Source of the DNA: Raillietiella orientalis
Lineage: Eukaryota
NCBI GenBank assembly: GCA_036172245.1
Contig: JAYWIR010000031.1
Location: 2,356,001-2,420,000, forward strand
DNA length: 64,000 bases
Reading direction: 5' to 3'
Program-made: the position numbers and the translations under genes
In this document: positions 26,492 to 39,600 of the stretch, piece by piece
Position numbering within the stretch: the stretch's first letter is position 1
Layout: every line of letters begins with the position of its first letter
The notes under the pieces: generated by a model
Seen by the model: the letters and a program-made list of their open reading frames with translations, nothing else
The model's database searches: none
What the model was told of the DNA's origin: nothing

Positions 26492-26660
26492 ACCAGTGCA
26501 GCACCAGAAGCGCGCGTGCCAGTCAGCGTCATCTTGCGGGGTGGAATCGAATCCCACGACGCACCCATTTCTCGAGGGGGCGACCCTACACGTGGGGATT
26601 CGAACCCACAACGTTCGGTGCCGCGCGCGGAGGCTGCAGGCACGCTGCCGCCAACTCAAG
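26492..26660 (-). repeat. Family H repeat, right part with two B-box-like motifs
   Basis: Minus strand GGGTTCGAATCCCC and GGGATTCGATTCCAC; homologous to 7975-8130. Confidence 0.7.
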
Positions 26661-29600
26661 AATTTGGTTCCGAATGTAAGCAATCAATATGATTCATCAA
26701 AAATGTCCGGGGACCGCACTTCCTGGAAGGATGGACCCATTCTACGCTAAGTGGAGGCATAGGCATGGAGTTTCCGCGTTTACCGTCCACTTCCATGTCC
26801 ACTCCTCCGGTTCTCTGTCACCATTCAGTGCACTCTTCCAAAGGCAAGCCGACTCGCGCATTTGTTTCGGTCGATTCCCTGTAGCAGGCTGGTTGAAGAA
26901 AAAGCTCCGTAGAATTAGTAGAAGCAGAAAAGTAGAGTAAAAGATAATATGCTTTGGAAATGGCACGTTTTGATGGGCACCGGAAGGTTCGATCTTAGCT
27001 CCCGTATGGGCTATTCCTTTAATCGAAACCAGGTTTCTTGGGGTCGGATTTCTTTGTGCTGTGCATCTGTTTCCCCGGAGAAAAGGCAGCTTCCTTATCT
27101 ATGATTTAATGAGGGGAAAGTAGAATTACGCAAATCCATTCATCCCTAAGGTACACACGCAGAGCTGGAATTCACGTTTCGACAACACAGAGCCTGTGGA
27201 TTCTCCTGCTGGACGTTGAAAGTGCGCTCCACAAATCCACTGATAAATCGCAAATCTCAGGGTAGAGTGTGAGATCCCGGAACAATGGAACTGGGAAAAT
27301 GCCTCCGTCAATTGCAAAACACCCAAACACCAAGCAAACTGGATCGAATGATGAGAATGATGCTTGGATGAGAATGATGCAGAAACGGCTGCGAAGGAAG
27401 AGAGGGAAGAAGAAAACACAATTGCGCTGAATAGATCTTCACTTGCAAATCCTTTTTCAGCTTGAGGTGCTCACCAGTGCAGTGACTTGTCCACCAGTGC
27501 AGGTATCCACAGACCTTGCAAAAGAGGCTAAGTGGAGCCACAACAAGGGTGTCGCTGAATTCCTCACCACGCACTTCGCATATGCTTGCTCGAGCAACAC
27601 GCTCGACTTTACACGCATGCACAAACACCCATAATCTTGCCGAAAACCCATGGAACAATCGGAAAGAAAGCATTTGGCATTCCACAACACCTCTGCGCGT
27701 CGATGGACTCGGCCCAGCACTCGCTCGCACTTTAATAAAGCCCAATGCCACCGCATGCTCTCAAAGGTTTTGTGCTGGTTTCATGATACCAAAAACCCTT
27801 TGACTTGAAAGGTAATTTGTCGGCTGGCCAGTAGACTGTAGTCAATGAATTGCCAGTGAATCAGCCGCAAACACCACCCACTCCGGCCTTGATCTAATAA
27901 AAGGATGCACTCTGCCTGGCAAAAGTGGGTTCTGGAAAACATCGGCAAACCTCAATATCGCATTGGGAGCAATTATTATTCCGATCAAAGATAGCCGTTT
28001 TTTTTTCTTCTTTTCTTTCCTTCGTCCTTGCTGCAGTGCATATCTTGAATTATTGCTGGCTCAATTCTTCAGGAAGGTTATTGCAGCATATTGAAAGAGA
28101 TGTTTGCACGAATCCTCATGCGTAGACCTTCCGATGAACCCATTTTTATCCGTGGGAACAAGGACCTGTAAAAGATTGATGTCGCGTTTGCGAAGGACAG
28201 AACAAGATAAGCGCAGAAACACTTATCTACCATTATGATGATCACGGAGAAGATTAACTCTGGTAACAAAAAAACTTATCCTGGAAACATAAGAATGGGC
28301 ACGACACCTAAAGATAGTCAGTTTCCCAGCATGGCACCAATCTGCATCGAGCGGGTTAATCAGACATCAGCTTTTTCACGAGCATGCATATCAGATCCAG
28401 AGTCACTCGTCACCCTCTTCATGCTTTCAATGCCTTTCAATTCGCGTGAGGGTTCCCTCCGGAGAAGAAATTCCTACTAGCGGATCCTTTTGGGTACCCA
28501 TCGTTAAGCCCACTGCTCGGCGGAAGGACCAACCCTGCTGACGGAAGCAAAAAGCGCTTGGACGCTGATCATCTTTGAAATCTCTAATTCTCAATGGAAG
28601 GGCGTGCCTTCGTAGGAAACGGTCAAGAAAGGCAAATATGTCATGTAAACAGCTATATTCTTCACTATTTGAGACTTAAAGACTGTTTTGGAATATGAAG
28701 TAAAAAAAAAAAAAAAAATCCAGTTTGGTGCAAAGGTTGCTAACAGAAGTCTCTGGGTATCCTTTTTTCCTTGCTGAAATTAAAAGCAAAAAACACGCGA
28801 CAGATCAGAAATAACCACAGAGTTTCGCGATTTATTGAGTTCAATCTTTGCAGTTCCTATTCTCAATCTTTCCACTGGAAATGATGTAAAAACACGTTGT
28901 GTATTGAGGCATCCACATCGTATGTGTTCCCGTTTGATCGAATTAGACGGCGTCCCTTCGGAAAAGAACGGCAACAGCAGGCAAACCAAGGAATGTAAGA
29001 AAATACGACTCCATGAAAGGAGGATGAATGTTTTATTCAAAGCGCACGCTTCGTTACAAAGGGACCTTTATTTACAGAACAAGAAACGTGCAGAAAAGAA
29101 GGAAGCAAGCAAGCCTTCTCCCAAAATACCTTCCGACATTTCAATGGCCATGCAGGAATGCAATCAGGAAGAAAGCTCGCGAACAACATAGAGGGGAGAA
29201 AAAAAAATCACATGATTCTAAGAATACCAGGAGGGGAAGGGATGTTCCAAGCTCAGTACCTAAGGCCTCGAACGATGCAGGCGACTTCTTCCCTGTCAAC
29301 CTGTGAAGTGAAGTTACTTGTCAACTCCACGCACCATAAGAAATCTCGATTATGGCCTCCTTCTCTTCCTGAGGTGTCTTCCGTCTCAGGCGTGCAACCG
29401 CGATGCCACAGACGCCATTACCACGGCCGTGGAGAGTCTCTGGAGAAGAGTGAAACGTCTCCTCAAGAGCAGGAGGGTGTTATAGTTCTGAAGAGCTGTA
29501 GCTATCCTCATCCATCCCGACAGAAAGGCATCGCACTCCATCGAGAGGTGCAGCAGCTTCTCGCTCTTACACACCTTAGGCAGTGCAGAGAGAAACTCAT

Positions 29601-29731
29601 ACAGGTCTACTGACAACGTTGCTTATTGCACGGGAATTCCCAGCTCAAAAATAGGGTCGTCCTGTGCTGCAGGGCAGCTGTCGATGCAAATTTGGAGGAC
29701 CACCAGTTCATGAATAGGGAACACCCAAAGT

Positions 29732-30025
29732 GGGTACCGATCGAAGTATCGAACTCCGAAATCCCGAACGATCAAAATCCCGAATACATACTATATGCAA
29801 ATTTATTTTAGCACACAGGGTCATTCATATTTATTAACAGATGTTATTGACAGCATTATTATTGCAACAGATATATTTACTAAGATTCAGGGGTATTGAC
29901 TAATATAATTAATAAGCTGTTGATTATATTGCTGATATAAATATATATTGGAGATTATTTAAAAAAGTATACATGCTAATTATATATATCTTTATGTAAA
30001 GTCTCGGGATTTTGAATCGAACCCC
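29732..30025. mobile_element. MITE-like remnant with AAAATCCCGA terminal motifs and very AT-rich interior
   Basis: CGATCAAAATCCCGA (29769-29783) is inverted at 30004-30019; a tandem AAATCCCGAA lies on the left; abrupt AT-rich core. Confidence 0.5.
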
Positions 30026-31406
30026 CAAAAGGTCCTTCCAGTCCACTACACTCCTGACTCGCACATTCAGAGTGGCTGCGTCTGCTAGGAGACCTAAAGG
30101 TCACACATCTGGTCTGGTCACTTCCGCAATCCAACCACTATCCCTTACCCTGAGGGAGGTTGAGAGTGTGAAATTAGAATTTCGGAGAGGAAATCAGTAA
30201 TGAGCCTCCACTTCTTTGGGACCCTCATACCTGCTTGAGGGGAATTCTCTCCTGAAGCGAGCAGCCGAGCGAAACCCTTCGAGGCTGATGCCTTTAAGTC
30301 GAGACCAGGTGTCTATGGCTCCCTGGAGTCATTCATTTTCAACTCGAAAGCAGGTAGGAGATCCTAAGGCAGAAGGCAACCTGCCGTATCGGAGAGTCCA
30401 AAGGCGTTCCCTGTGACGGTTGCGAGGAATAAGAAACGCCAATCCCGCGCAGCCGAACGCACGCCTGAGGACATAGCGTGCTGGGAGACACCAATGTGCG
30501 TCCCATCGCTGTGTCATCAGAGAAAGAATTATGAACCACAGCTGCAGTTGCAATCTCCCCAACATCTGCACTCCAAGACTGGCATCTCAACTTTGTGCCT
30601 TTCCATCTGATTTCTGACCTTCCGGAAATTTAAAGAACATTCCGCAGGAGGCCATCGGTCCCTCGCCCCGTTGTGAAATCCAGAGAACAAACAAAAAGTA
30701 GAACACAGAGGAAGGGGCAACAGAGCTGTTTAGCAAAGCGCTCAAGAAAAAGGAACTTACAGTCCACAAATGAGTCCAGAACCTTCCCTGCTTATACTAG
30801 CTAAAAATGGGACCGCATATCCTCCACACCTTCGACTGCAGCTCTGTCTTCCCTATGGGAAAGAAATGACAGTTGCCAATCGGCAAGGTGGGAGTTCTCC
30901 CGCACGATCGCAGGAGTGGAGAAGCTCTTAAATGGATGTTACGCAGATGTTCCTCCAACATGGCTGCGTCCTCCGTTCAGGTGAAGAGAATGCACTGATG
31001 GGCGGAAACTTTGAGTGTACCCCTGGAAAAACTGTTCACTCCTCACCTGTGTCTAGACATTTCCGTGTACTCCCTCAGGAAGTGAGGTGTTCCTCCTGCA
31101 ATGGGGTCTCCCTTGCAACGAGATCATGCACCACGTGGAGAACCCACAGGGGCGTGGCATACGCAGGGCCACCGAATCGCGTCCGCGCCCGTTCATCAGC
31201 TGCTGTGGCGACTTCCGTGGGCTGTAGGAACGATTGGTTCCAGGCATCTTGCATCCTCAAAATGATAATACCGACTGCACTGCTGTGTCGCTTCTTCTCC
31301 CGGAAGAGTCTCCCGTCCGTCGCCGCCGCGACCATGCAACGTTGTGCTGAGTCCGCAGCAGTCGCAAGGCCCGCTGCCTGCTGCAGACGCATCCACGGCA
31401 ACCAGT

Positions 31407-33460
31407 TTTCCACCTGGTAGCGCCCAGGAGCGTTCATTTTAGAAAAAGGAACCAGTATGGAACACACTGGTTCCCAGCCGAAGACAAAGGAAGCTCGGAT
31501 GCAGGGTCCACCGACGCGCAGGTCGGGATATCCCAACGTCCGGAACGGGAAAGGGAAGAGGGAACCGCAAAAAAAAAAAAAAGAGAATCTGGGGGAACCG
31601 TGCAAGGGTCCTTGGGTTTGCTCTGTACGCACTGGGATCAATATATAACCGGGAAAGGTGTGGAGAGATAGGGAGTGGACAATGAGAAAAAAAAATAAAG
31701 GGAAGGCTGTAAACAAGGGTCAGAGGTGCTGGCCGTTCCTTCACTTCAGAACTGGCACCGAATGCAATGCGATCTTCTCCTTGTCTTCCTCCTGCAGTCG
31801 TCTTCATACAGGCGGTGACCTCCTTTCGCCGCACTGTCGTCCCCAGTACATAGCTGACCGTGCCGATTTCGCGCACGCGACCGATGGGTGAGATCACCGC
31901 GCTCGTTGAGACTCTTCCCGACGCGAAAAGCCGCCGCAGAAGCAGATCGCGGGCGAGGTCCTCCTAGTGCAGGAGCGCTGATGCAGACCTCCGCTCAGGT
32001 ATTCTTGAAAGGGGGCATTGCGGTCCAAAAGCAGGCGCGGGATCGACTCCCCTCACCCCGCACTGATCGGGGACGCAACCCCTGCGGAAACGAGGGTGCC
32101 GCCTCTCGCCGCACTGAAATCTCCAGTGCAGAAAGAGCAGCACGGCTTGTTTCCAGGACAGGGGAATGCAGAAACTTTCGGACAGGGACCATAAATTCCT
32201 CGGGGACAACACGCGGAAGTTGACTCCACAGAAGTAGTCCCGTCGACACAGCGCACGGGAGTGAAGGAGCATTCACCAACTCTCGCGTCTTCCAGCAGCC
32301 GAGGAGTTGTGTCTTTGCTGCAGGAAAACTGCCACCTCGCTTGTTGACAGCTGTCGTCACTGGCCCTCTGGCTAGGAATGCGGCGGCGGGATCGGGGTCG
32401 ACCACTTTGCTGTGCAACGACCAAGCCATGTGCATTGCCGAAGTTGGGAACCGGCGGGAAGATCGACGCCACCGTGCAGCAGTTTTGCAAAAAAAAGTGG
32501 CGATGTCCCTATCCCCTACTCTCCATTATTGACTCGTATGTCCTCCTGTCCCCGCCAACGCTCCGAGTAATTTCCTTAGCTGACCCTGCGAGTCGTCAAG
32601 ACCTCCCAGATGAACTGTTTCCTTTTCGACCCTCGAGGAACGAAGTTCCCTGCTGCTTCCCCATTTTTCACAAAGAAACGCAGTCTCCCAAGTCCTCGAA
32701 GTAATTCCGGTCCTCCATACTGGTGGCTGCAAAGCGACAGAAAGAAGCATGGAGCTGCTCCGCGTCTTCCGGACGGCTGAGTCGATCCCTCGGTAGCCAC
32801 ATACATTCACCGGAGGATCCTTCCCAGACGGATGCAACTCCGGAGCGACCCTGGGATGGTCCGAAAGGGTCGATCTCACTCCGTCCCTTCTGCCCTCCTG
32901 GGAACACAGGTGGTCGCCGAGGTAGACGTGCATTCCAGGCTCATTGGGGAGCAGCAAAGTCAGTCCCACAATTCGTCTCCTGCCCTCTATGCACTTTCCA
33001 GTGAGTGCCACTTTGTGGCGCACAGAGGCTGAAACCTCCTGCCATCGGACGCACCACTTTGCAACCCGTGCTGCTCAGCCATTGGCTCCCGAACGCACTG
33101 AAGAACCAAGTTTTTCCTGCGTACACGTTGTGACCGCATGGCGCGTAGACGTTCGTCGCGACAGGACCGCTATTGCGATCGGACCACTGAAGCATCAGTG
33201 GGTCCACTCGACCGACGTCGTCGAAACGGACGCGCTGCGTCTGGCGTTCGGGAGGTATGCGTACGTGAAAGACACGACTCCTCACATGCATAAGGAACCA
33301 GCCGAGGCCAGGGCGGCTTACCCGGGGCGCGTGCCTCGATTTCTGCCGTGGAAATCTTGTGGGCTTCTTGGAGAAGAGCGAGGTCGAAGCGGTTCGAGGT
33401 TTCGGCCATGGATCGCCTTTCCTGAGTAGTTGAGAATTCCGTCGACATGCCGAACGGCAG
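31407..33460 (-). mobile_element. Internally deleted, decayed Tx1-like element (APE fragment + C-terminus + 3'UTR)
   Basis: FDLALLQE, RFDDVGRV..ATNVYAP, PLSWKQAVLLFLHWRFQC; CCGAC-CTGCGC-GTCGG hairpin at 31511-31526; AATGAA + CCTGG/CCAGG terminal hairpin. Confidence 0.8.
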
Positions 33461-35749
33461 TTCGCAATAGAACCAATCGGCGTTGCTGATGAGGAGTCTG
33501 GTGAGAAGCGTGGTTCCCTCTTCGAACTGAAACGGGTCGCTAGTAGAGAGGGAAGGATCCAGGGGTCCCTCCATCTTTGTATGCTGGGGTCAGGTCTGCA
33601 GTGACTAGCAGAAGCCTTCCGGCCCCAGTGCTGATGAGGGTATTCAGGAGTCGTTGAGCAAGTTCTGCATCTCTGCAGGTAAGCTCAACTACTTACTCTC
33701 TACTCTTCACGAACAGGCTTTCTAGCTCTCTCTTTTCCATGTTTAGGTTGCGCAGACCTTCCTCAAAGGAGCGCGCAATCGAAGCCAGTCCAAGGATGGC
33801 CTACCTTATATTTTAACGCGGCCTCTGGCAATTTGGGCTCAGGCAGCGGGCGTCGACGGTGCTTGGCTCCAAATCCTGTCCTTCCGAAGATGTCCTCCCG
33901 TTTCCAGGAGGACATCTTCGGAAGCTGCTGCCTCCGTCTCCATGGGAATGGTTGATGAAGTTCCTACTTCACCCTTTCTTTCGTTAGCAATGTTCAATGG
34001 CATTTCTGCCATTGCAACAGCACTATTCCTCACACCAGACAAGCACTAAACTACTGAAAAGGAAAACCACCTAGATGCTCTTCCTTCAAACAGAACGAAA
34101 AAATACACGACCACGCAGTTGAAGCGTGCTGATATCACCTTGATGTCATCACTATACAAGAGGGAGCATGCCTCTGAACTGGACCAGGTGCAGAGACTAT
34201 TATTATTAGAGTGCAATGCTCCTACTAGCAGATGGGCATGTCTAGTGATGACCATTCAGCATTTAGAAAACATTGAGAGACTTGAAGCACTGACTCTACA
34301 CACAGTCAGCTGCCTACACACTTCAGCTGTGGAAATAGCAATCCTTTGTTGCAGCTGAAGCATCAAAATGGCACACATCCATACAGAAATGGGCATGCAA
34401 GTCACCTCCCGCTTAATAGCGATGATAAAGAGTCTTGAAATGATCCTATCTGCACAATAAAATTAAGGACATTAAACACATCTCCAGTAAGATGCAAAGG
34501 GCACACAGAAATGCTCAATTAATGGAGGAAGAGGGGAGGATAGTCAGAAAGCCTCTTCTCTTTCCTCAATATACTATTTTCTTTTATGTGCTTTTTGTGA
34601 ATGCCCCAAGCCCATTGTATACTCTAGAAAGCAGTCAACCTACATGTCAATGATCCTAGAAATCAGTACTCCAAGAAAGATATACATACTACCAAGATCC
34701 TCATTACAATGGCATATTCATTATAACATCCCAGTGTAGCCGAATGAAATGCTAATTTTACAGATCTGTTGAAATTATCCTTTTAAAAAATAGTACACTT
34801 CGTGGAAGCTGATGATATTATGGACGAAAGTCAAGTTGATTGTTCTTAATGATCACCTGGATACAATTAAATTAAAACATATAAAGACTTCACCTCATTA
34901 CTTGCTTTACTTATTAAGGCAAACAATGAAATGTAGTCTCGCATTCATTATTTTAGGTGCTTTTCTTGAATTTCTTACACCCTTTCAACCATACTGCTAA
35001 TACAAGATCTGCAAACAGTAAGTAGGAAATACTTATTTTTGAAATTATGCATGTGAAAACATAAGTTAAAATGGATGACATTTTTAATGCCATTTCCAAG
35101 ATAAATTATCCATAAAAATGAAATACAAGGTGTACATCACAAAACCCCTCATAGGAAATACACACAAAAATTCCAGTAAAGAGTTTAGGAGGCAATATTC
35201 AAAAGTATGCCTCGATTAACATGCTAAATGCTACAATGTAATATTGAACTCCAACAACATAGTTACATATTTTTTTTTTCAAGTAAAAACATAAGCTCAT
35301 AAATTTTCTAAACAATTATTTGCTTCTCGTCTTAAATCTTCCAACAGCTTAAACAACCAAACTGCATTCCTCACTCCTGGAAATCCCAGTAAATCCCAAA
35401 AAATGCCAACAAAATTTCACAAGAAAGATAAGAATGAAGCTTCATTCAAGTAACAAGGAAAACATGACCTGCCTCATGGAAAAAAGTTAATAAACACTTT
35501 TTTTCTGATGCATTCTAAACATGACATGCAATGCATATGAGAAATTTCCATGTTAGCTGAAAATGGAATCAAGATGCATACAAGGTACTAATATTCAAAT
35601 TCACAGCCTTATCCGAAACTTCTTGCTAAAAGTTTTCAAAAATCGATAGTTTGTTTCAAACAAACTTGTAATATGCTATGAGCTGAAAAAGAGTAAACTG
35701 ATGATCAACACAATTGACAAATTTTAACATACTTATCAAAAATAAGCAT

Positions 35750-36265
35750 CTACATTTTGCAAAGACAAATCACCAAAGGGATGAAGGCAGCTAAAGTCAC
35801 AAGGATTGGGATGAACATATATGAGTTATGTGTAGAATAAGGATTTGGCTGTCTAGATGCACCTATTCTTCGAGGCTTTTCAGGATTCGAATATTGCTGC
35901 TGATCATCTTGTAATTCGACAGACTCTTCTTCTGCTTCAGGGATAGAAGGTAACTTTGGAATATCTTCCAACAAACTGCGATCTAAAATACCACTTAAAT
36001 TTCTTAAAAGCAATGTCATTTTACCATTCTCTGTGCTTTTTAACAGAACAATAGCATTTACTTTGGGATTATCTTTGTAGCCCTTTACGAAATCAATTCT
36101 GATTTTGCCATTATGAACCTCGGATTCTTCATCATAATATATAAGTTTTCCATCCTTTATCGTGAATTCAATATATTCATCATGGGCAACTCCAAATCCA
36201 ACGTTATCAAAGATATCTAATTGTGGCACAACTGTGTGCTTCCTGTTTAATGCAACATCAAATAC
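35750..36265 (-). CDS. MLEC: Malectin, exon 2 (a possible additional 42-nt in-frame intron at 35983-36024)
   Basis: VFDVALNRKHTVVPQLDIFDNVGFGVAHDEY..DNPKVNAIV, acidic linker, PNPY, C-terminal TM helix FIPILVTLAAFIPLVICLCKM*; TTTAG acceptor ending at 36266. Confidence 0.95.
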   Translation of the reverse strand, partial: VFDVALNRKHTVVPQLDIFDNVGFGVAHDEYIEFTIKDGKLIYYDEESEVHNGKIRIDFVKGYKDNPKVNAIVLLKSTENGKMTLLLRNLSGILDRSLLEDIPKLPSIPEAEEESVELQDDQQQYSNPEKPRRIGASRQPNPYSTHNSYMFIPILVTLAAFIPLVICLCKM

Positions 36266-36309
36266 CTAAATATCCCTCAAATACAAAATCATAAAAAGTT
36301 TTTGTTTAC

Positions 36310-36660
36310 CTTTTCGCCTGGAGCTTTAAAGTACACCTCAGAGAATTTCAAAATTAAGAGATACGATCCATCCTCTTTAACTGGAATGTCATAACCGAAT
36401 GTTGAATGATGATACCTTTCAGTCTGGTACAAGATCTGATCATTCTGTGGTATTCTTGCTATCAGCAAATTCATTCCATAAGATGAGGCGATTCCAATTT
36501 TGTTGTGCAACGGGTCGGCATCATAGTGTATGCCGTGTACATCGACATGTTCACCACCACCTGCATTTATGGCATAAACAACTTCAACGGTCTGCGACTC
36601 ATAAATACACGAAAAGAGCCACAAGAACGTACAAAAGGATTTCATCCCTAATGAACCCAT
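36310..36660 (-). CDS. MLEC: Malectin, exon 1 (signal peptide + malectin domain)
   Basis: [46 protein letters not shown] donor at 36309; a 44-nt intron joins it in frame to exon 2. Confidence 0.96.
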
Positions 36661-39600
36661 ATGACAACTTCTGATATCCTTCTTGAGGTTTGAAAACGAA
36701 CAAAATCGAGCAAACTTCCTAAACAGTCAAAAAACATTGCTGCATTACTTCCACTTTCTTCATAATGCAGAGATTAATGAAATTCGTTGAAAATAACTGA
36801 TCAGTCCGTAAAAGGTTTCCTGTAATCGGCAAATGAAGTTTCACGTGTAAAGTTTTGGGTTACGCACTGACCGCTTCTTCAAGGCGCAGCGTCGGCACTA
36901 TTAAAAATATCCCTTTGTCGGCAGGGTCACCGGCAGGAGCACCGGGAGTGGACGGACGGGACCAGGATCTCCTGGATCATTTAGTGGTTCCACAGGCTCT
37001 TCCCATTGCCAGTGGATTTGCATGTGTTTTGGCAGCAGCCCACGACCCGCACTCCACCGTTCAACGCGCGGATTGCGTTGGCCACGGAAGTTCTCGTGAG
37101 CTCGTGGTCACCTGACCAGGTGTTTTCGAAACGCCTCGAGCCCACGGACCAACTCGCTGCTTTCCTTTTATCACTCACTCATACTCCTGGGAAGTCTAAC
37201 GAACAATTTGGATCTGTGCTTGACGTTGAATAGCAGAAACCACAATGGTGAAATCCGAACATCCACGGTTTGCGAGATCAGACGCGTGTTCGTGACCCTC
37301 ATGACCTTCGTAAGCTTAGTCGGTCGAAATCCATTCCCAACTCGAATGATTTCATTCATTGAACGCACAGGCAGTTCAAAAAGTCAATGCTTGGTTGTAT
37401 ATTGGTTGGAAAGAAAAGAAGAAGAGAAAAAAAAAAGACCTTCTTTGTGTCATGAGCTGCTTTGCATATTTGAAATGCCACGTCACAATTTCACAGAAAC
37501 TGTAGTTGTGGTACAAACCCACAGACCTGGACAAAAACGACGTCGGAACAATCCCATGTAAAATTGGTAAGTTTTTTCTTTACTTTACTCCGGTGCTTAC
37601 TCTTTCTGGTTTCCAAAGAGCGCTCAGATTCTATCAAAATAATGATTCCTAGTGATATATCTCATAGACAAAACATTCCTGCTTGCTCTTTAGTTGTGCT
37701 TCTAACAGACTCCAGAATCGTCATTTTTGCTTATATTAGTAGAAGTCAGTTCTTAAAGGGAATTGTGTGACCTGAGAATTTCTTAGGGCATGGGAACCTT
37801 TTTTCAAAAAAAAAAAATGTCTTCACGAAATTGGTCAGAAGTGTTTCATAATACCTTCTTCCATGCTACTGAAATGTAAAGCCTTTTGCATCTGTGAAGG
37901 CAATCTCTATCTCCTACCAACATTTGTTCTGCTTACTCCAAGAGGTTTCATTCTTTTGTTAAACCAATGATTTGCTTTCCCATCAGCAATGTTTTCTGGC
38001 AAACCAAAAGGGCACAAAATGATTTGTGGAGTTCTCAACTAACGCAAGTTCATTTGAAAAAATGGTCTTTAGAATATTTATAGACAGAAATATGTTGTTC
38101 ACCATACGGTAGATGAACATTTAGTTTTGGAATCTGGAATTTATTTATATCTAACTTGATCCACCATCTGCAATTAGCTTTTCGTGTTACCAAGAGTTCT
38201 AAATTTAATTTAACAAATCAAACAGCAGGCATTGTTTTCTGTCATATATAAAAATACACCACTGCAATACAGAAGCGATACTATGAATAAAGAAAAAAAA
38301 AAATTTTTTCCTTCAAATATGGACTCCTTTCAGATTGTTTTAACAGGAATCCGGTTGGTTGAATGACCAGATGGCACGCAGAGTATATTTGGCGGATGCT
38401 ATGTCTGTTGAAGAAGAAGGCATTTGGAATGCTTCATGGCACATCAAAGTGAGCATTCCTTATAGGTCCAACAGCTGGAGGCCATTTGCAGTCATCATTT
38501 GAAAATGTCTTCCCAGTAACTGCCTTCATTTCTGTTCTTTATGCACTTTTGGGAGTGTCGGATGAGGTTTTGTTTTGGAAACGCTAAATCCATCGGTTTC
38601 CATAGAGAATTTGCGATTCCGAATTTCTTTTTCCTTGTTGTAATACAAAGGAATCTCGTTTTAATGCATATTCTTTTACTTGTTTCTGTGAAAATGCAGT
38701 CTGGGTTCATGTTTTGGGTGCAGGATGGATAATGATGTCGCGTTCTGCTTGTTGTTTGCCATCTTTCTTTCAGCTCTGCTGCATTTTGTTTTCATGAGGC
38801 ACATCCTCGCATAGCAGGTGTCAGCGTTCTGAGAACACCCTGTAATTTTCCTGCTTCTTGGCAATCTTGGGAGTTTCAGGGGATCCAAGTTGGGATATGT
38901 TTCTTTCCGACTCTCGCTAACTGTACATCCAGATTAAGAACGTCGTTTTTGCTTCAAAAAGTGCATTCTGTTTCTCCCTTTGTTGTTGCTTTCATAATTT
39001 CATATCAAGGCGTAATAGCAGCAAGAAGTAGTAGTTTTGCAGGATACATTCATAAATTGCATGCTCATGGGTTTCCAGAAGTGTTCGATGCTTTGTCTTG
39101 TTTCGTTTTTCCATTTGCTGCATGTGGTTGATTCCATCTGTTAAGTGGTTCTGTCATGGTGACGCTTTCCTTTCGAATTTTCTGTGAGCTCCCAACTTTT
39201 TTTTTTTCCAGCACGTCTTAGCAAACAGACGAATCAATAAAAATGGAAGGTGTTGCCTTTCGAAAGCACGACGGGTGCTTTCAACCCGTTGAGCTTTCAA
39301 CGAATTCCTCAGAGGTACAAAGGGAACAAACCCTGTGTACGTCAAAAGTGCACTGTGGAAGTACATAGGAGTGGCATTCACTAGAAGTTGCCAAGATAAC
39401 TGCAATCCTGTGTGTATGAAATGTCTTTTCCTTGCTATTGGACAGTTTAGTAAGAAACTGGCATGTTTCTTGTAGACACCACCGTCCAATCGGAGTTTCC
39501 AATTTCGCTGACATGACATTTCTTCAAAGTTGATGCAGAGAATATTGGAACTTGGTGTACACTTTTCTCATCAAGAACAAGAGCATGGTCCATCAAGGCT

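Noticed and set aside
27126..27800. Possible HAT/TPR-like host exon (LLEQAYAKC..LWLHLASF)
   Set aside because: Similarity too weak and no gene structure could be supported by eye
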